Shown piece after piece: positions 61,850-64,000 of a stretch of 64,000 nt of DNA. How positions within the stretch are numbered: the first letter of the stretch is position 1; each line of letters starts with the position of its first letter. Position numbers and translations under genes: made by a program. The notes beneath the pieces are model-generated. The model saw nothing but the letters and a program-made list of their open reading frames with translations. It ran no database searches and had not been told where the DNA came from. This DNA is from Basidiobolus meristosporus CBS 931.73 (Eukaryota; Fungi; Basidiobolomycota). The stretch lies in NCBI GenBank assembly GCA_002104905.1, contig MCFE01000422.1, forward strand, positions 14,049-78,048, written 5' to 3'.

Positions 61850-64000
61850 TTAGGGTTAGGGGGGGGGAGACAGTCACCAACAGGTGAAATCTTTATTTCA
61901 GTTGAAACAAAGAAGCCAGAGCTACTGTTGTAGCTTTGATACAAGAGTGTGTAGCTGAGGGGAATTTGTAGGTAAGTTAATAAGAAGTGATGATAGTTCT
62001 TCAGTGCTCAAGACACTGTTCAGTGGGAAGGGGGGTAGCAAGAGAGGTAAGAATGACTTGTGAACAACATTAATGAGGGGAATGTGATAAGGATTGATAT
62101 TCATCATAAAGGGAGTGTGCTGCTGCAGATATTGCTGCCAAAGGTCTGTCAAGTACTTCAGGTAGGCCAGCTTGGGTTTTTCTGACTGAAGAATATAGTG
62201 AGCAAACTTCTTGACTTCAGGATCTCCGAGTATAGTTCTCCAGCAGGAGCCAGGTGTTGTGTGGTGTGTTCTCTTCCAGGCCTTAATCAGTGGGTTGTTG
62301 CAGTTGTGAAGTCTGAGGTATAATCTGGTTCTAAGGTAGAGAAGTCTGATCTTATAGGGCATAAACCCAAAAGCACCAAGAATAGCATGTCTGTAGGGGC
62401 ATTCAGGCAAATGAGGCACCAAGGAGGTAATGCACCATACTGCAAGCTTGTCAAGCTTAGTGCAGTCTCTAGAAGTAAGAGAGAGAAGTGGTAAGCCAAA
62501 TTCCAGGACAGGGAAGACAAACTGCTTGAGTAGAAGGAGGCAGCTGGGAGCTGAAGTTGTAGGAGGAGTAACAGCCAGTAGCTTGTGGAGTGCCTGTCTT
62601 GCCAGGATAATTCTCTTCTTCAGGTGTGCTCCAGAGTCTAGTCCAGTAGGAAGGAAAGGAAAGCCAAGATATGTAGCAGAAACCTGAGCAGGTAGAGTGG
62701 AGTTCTCCAAGTTGATGGGAGAGCCCAAAGGTACTGTCTTTGCAATGGAAAGCTGGAGATTATTCTTCTGCAGATACTGGTGGATGGTCTGGGAGTCTTG
62801 TTGCACATTGGAGGAGGATATTCTGATGTCATCAGCAAAGAGAGTAACCAGGCAGTCAGCTGAGAGTCTTGGGAAATCATTCAGGAAGATGGCAAACAGT
62901 ATAGGACCAAGCACAGAGCCTTGAACCACTCCATTAGGAACTGAGAACACAGCTGATTGCTCACTTGGGTGCAGAATTCTTGCTTGTGGATCCAGAAACA
63001 GAGACCTGACAAGGAGGGTGAGAGAGGTACTGGAGAAGCATTGCAACTTGGACCAAAGCAGATTTCTGTCAACTGAATCAAAGGCCTTAGTTATATCAAA
63101 CAGAACAGAGGGATACTTGCACTGGAGAGAGTGATCTTGGCTAAGTATGACTGCATATTCCAAGGAGAGGCCAGGAACAAAGCCAAACTGTGCAGGATGA
63201 AACTTGAGGGAGTCAGAGTAGAGCTCCTGAGCAAGAAGAAGCTCAAACACCTTTCTGCAGGTGGGCAGCAGAGATATTGGCCTGTAGGAGCTAGGATCCA
63301 GGTGCTTTCCTTTACCCTTGTACAGTGGCAGAACATTTGCAAAGGACCATTCCTCAGGAGTAGAAAGCTGGGCTGAGCATTGCTGAAACAGTGGAAGCAG
63401 AAGTGCAGACATGGCCTTGGTACTAGTCTTCAGAAGCTCATAGGAGATTGTGTCCACACCTGGAGCAGTAGAGTTGGGAAGCCTCTTCAGCACATTATGG
63501 ATTCTCCTTTGATCAAGTGCAAGTGGGATGGGCAGAGTCTTGAAGTCAGGATGAAAGCTAGGAGTTGAGTACTGCTTTGTAGAGAAGAAGATGTTAGCCA
63601 GCTGTTCTGTTGAAGGTAACTTCCTGGAAGAGGGCCTCATTGCCCTGTAGAGTCTTGATACTGTTCTTGTTATAGAGTTGGAAGATTGCAGAGGCAAAGA
63701 ACTCATAATATGATCCCAGAGCTGAGTATGCAGAGTGTGGTGAATTGCCTTGGAGTGGTGTATTGCTGTCAGGAGGAGTTTCTCTGTTTTTGGGTTAGGG
63801 AAGCTCAGGTAGCTTTGTTGCAGGGCTGAAACAATGGATTCCCATTTTCTTGAGGTAACAGCAGTAGTCTTGCATGGCAGTGAGAGGGAGGCAGACACCA
63901 GAATCAGATGCTTCACAAAGAGCCAGGCAAAGTTGAGATCATCTGGCAGAGAAAGTAGCAAACTGGCAAGCTTCAAGTAGTTCCCAAAGTCTTTCTTCTG
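61850..64000 (-). mobile_element. Unit D: LINE-type non-LTR retrotransposon with intact ORF2, 5' part outside window
   Basis: Begins TTAGGGTTAGGGGGGGGG plus the shared 3' module; 3' UTR of about 70 bp; ORF is open to the window edge. Confidence 0.93.
61922..64000 (-). CDS. Non-LTR reverse transcriptase (ORF2), partial
   Basis: APGVDTI, YRPISLL, QFGF, FDITKAFDSV, GVVQGSVLGPILF, FADD, YLGF. No stops from 64000 to 61922. Confidence 0.95.
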   Translation of the reverse strand, partial: QKKDFGNYLKLASLLLSLPDDLNFAWLFVKHLILVSASLSLPCKTTAVTSRKWESIVSALQQSYLSFPNPKTEKLLLTAIHHSKAIHHTLHTQLWDHIMSSLPLQSSNSITRTVSRLYRAMRPSSRKLPSTEQLANIFFSTKQYSTPSFHPDFKTLPIPLALDQRRIHNVLKRLPNSTAPGVDTISYELLKTSTKAMSALLLPLFQQCSAQLSTPEEWSFANVLPLYKGKGKHLDPSSYRPISLLPTCRKVFELLLAQELYSDSLKFHPAQFGFVPGLSLEYAVILSQDHSLQCKYPSVLFDITKAFDSVDRNLLWSKLQCFSSTSLTLLVRSLFLDPQARILHPSEQSAVFSVPNGVVQGSVLGPILFAIFLNDFPRLSADCLVTLFADDIRISSSNVQQDSQTIHQYLQKNNLQLSIAKTVPLGSPINLENSTLPAQVSATYLGFPFLPTGLDSGAHLKKRIILARQALHKLLAVTPPTTSAPSCLLLLKQFVFPVLEFGLPLLSLTSRDCTKLDKLAVWCITSLVPHLPECPYRHAILGAFGFMPYKIRLLYLRTRLYLRLHNCNNPLIKAWKRTHHTTPGSCWRTILGDPEVKKFAHYILQSEKPKLAYLKYLTDLWQQYLQQHTPFMMNINPYHIPLINVVHKSFLPLLLPPFPLNSVLSTEELSSLLINLPTNSPQLHTLVSKLQQ

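Noticed and set aside
63792-63800. GGGTTAGGG inside ORF2
   Set aside because: It encodes FPNPK in frame, and a single 9-mer is plausible by chance in 64 kb.
61922-64000. Classifying the telomere-linked RT as a Penelope-like (Athena/Coprina) element or as telomerase
   Set aside because: Its motifs (APG.D, YRPISLL, KAFDSV, GV.QGSVLGP, FADD) are those of LINE-type non-LTR RTs.
1-64000. tRNA, rRNA, CRISPR arrays or prokaryotic operons; many short antisense ORFs in the track
   Set aside because: No cloverleaf, rRNA-like or repeat-spacer pattern was seen. The DNA is intron-containing eukaryotic sequence, and the short ORFs are shadows of the identified genes.

Overview
Eukaryotic, fungal DNA with short GT-AG introns and velvet, Con7, GT34, TRP4 and COX17 genes. 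The gene mix suggests an early-diverging fungus; a Zoopagomycota/Basidiobolus-like source is my guess, not demonstrated. Positions 1-54.2 kb are gene-dense, with about 23 recognisable genes and decayed LTRs at 4.7-5.2 kb. These include a bacterial-type Mg2+ P-type ATPase (MgtA-like), a DUF1648-like membrane protein, a C2+HELP/WD40 (EML) fusion, a 7TM-RGS protein and a compact velvet protein. From about 54.5 kb to the right edge the window is almost entirely mobile DNA and nearly CpG-free. The main observation is a head-to-tail array of at least 4 (probably 5) minus-strand non-LTR retroelement units with different bodies. They share one 3' module (AATAAA, a TCACC-N4-GGTGA hairpin, a C-run, TAACCC) and are joined by 1-2 TTAGGG repeats, G-strand pointing right. 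One unit is ORF1-only and one carries an intact RT ORF. This resembles a telomere-associated, HeT-A/TART- or TRAS-like retrotransposon system, which is an inference. A full-length but dead Ty1/copia element sits exactly in one TTAGGG junction. No tRNA, rRNA or CRISPR array was seen. Exon boundaries were read by eye and are approximate.
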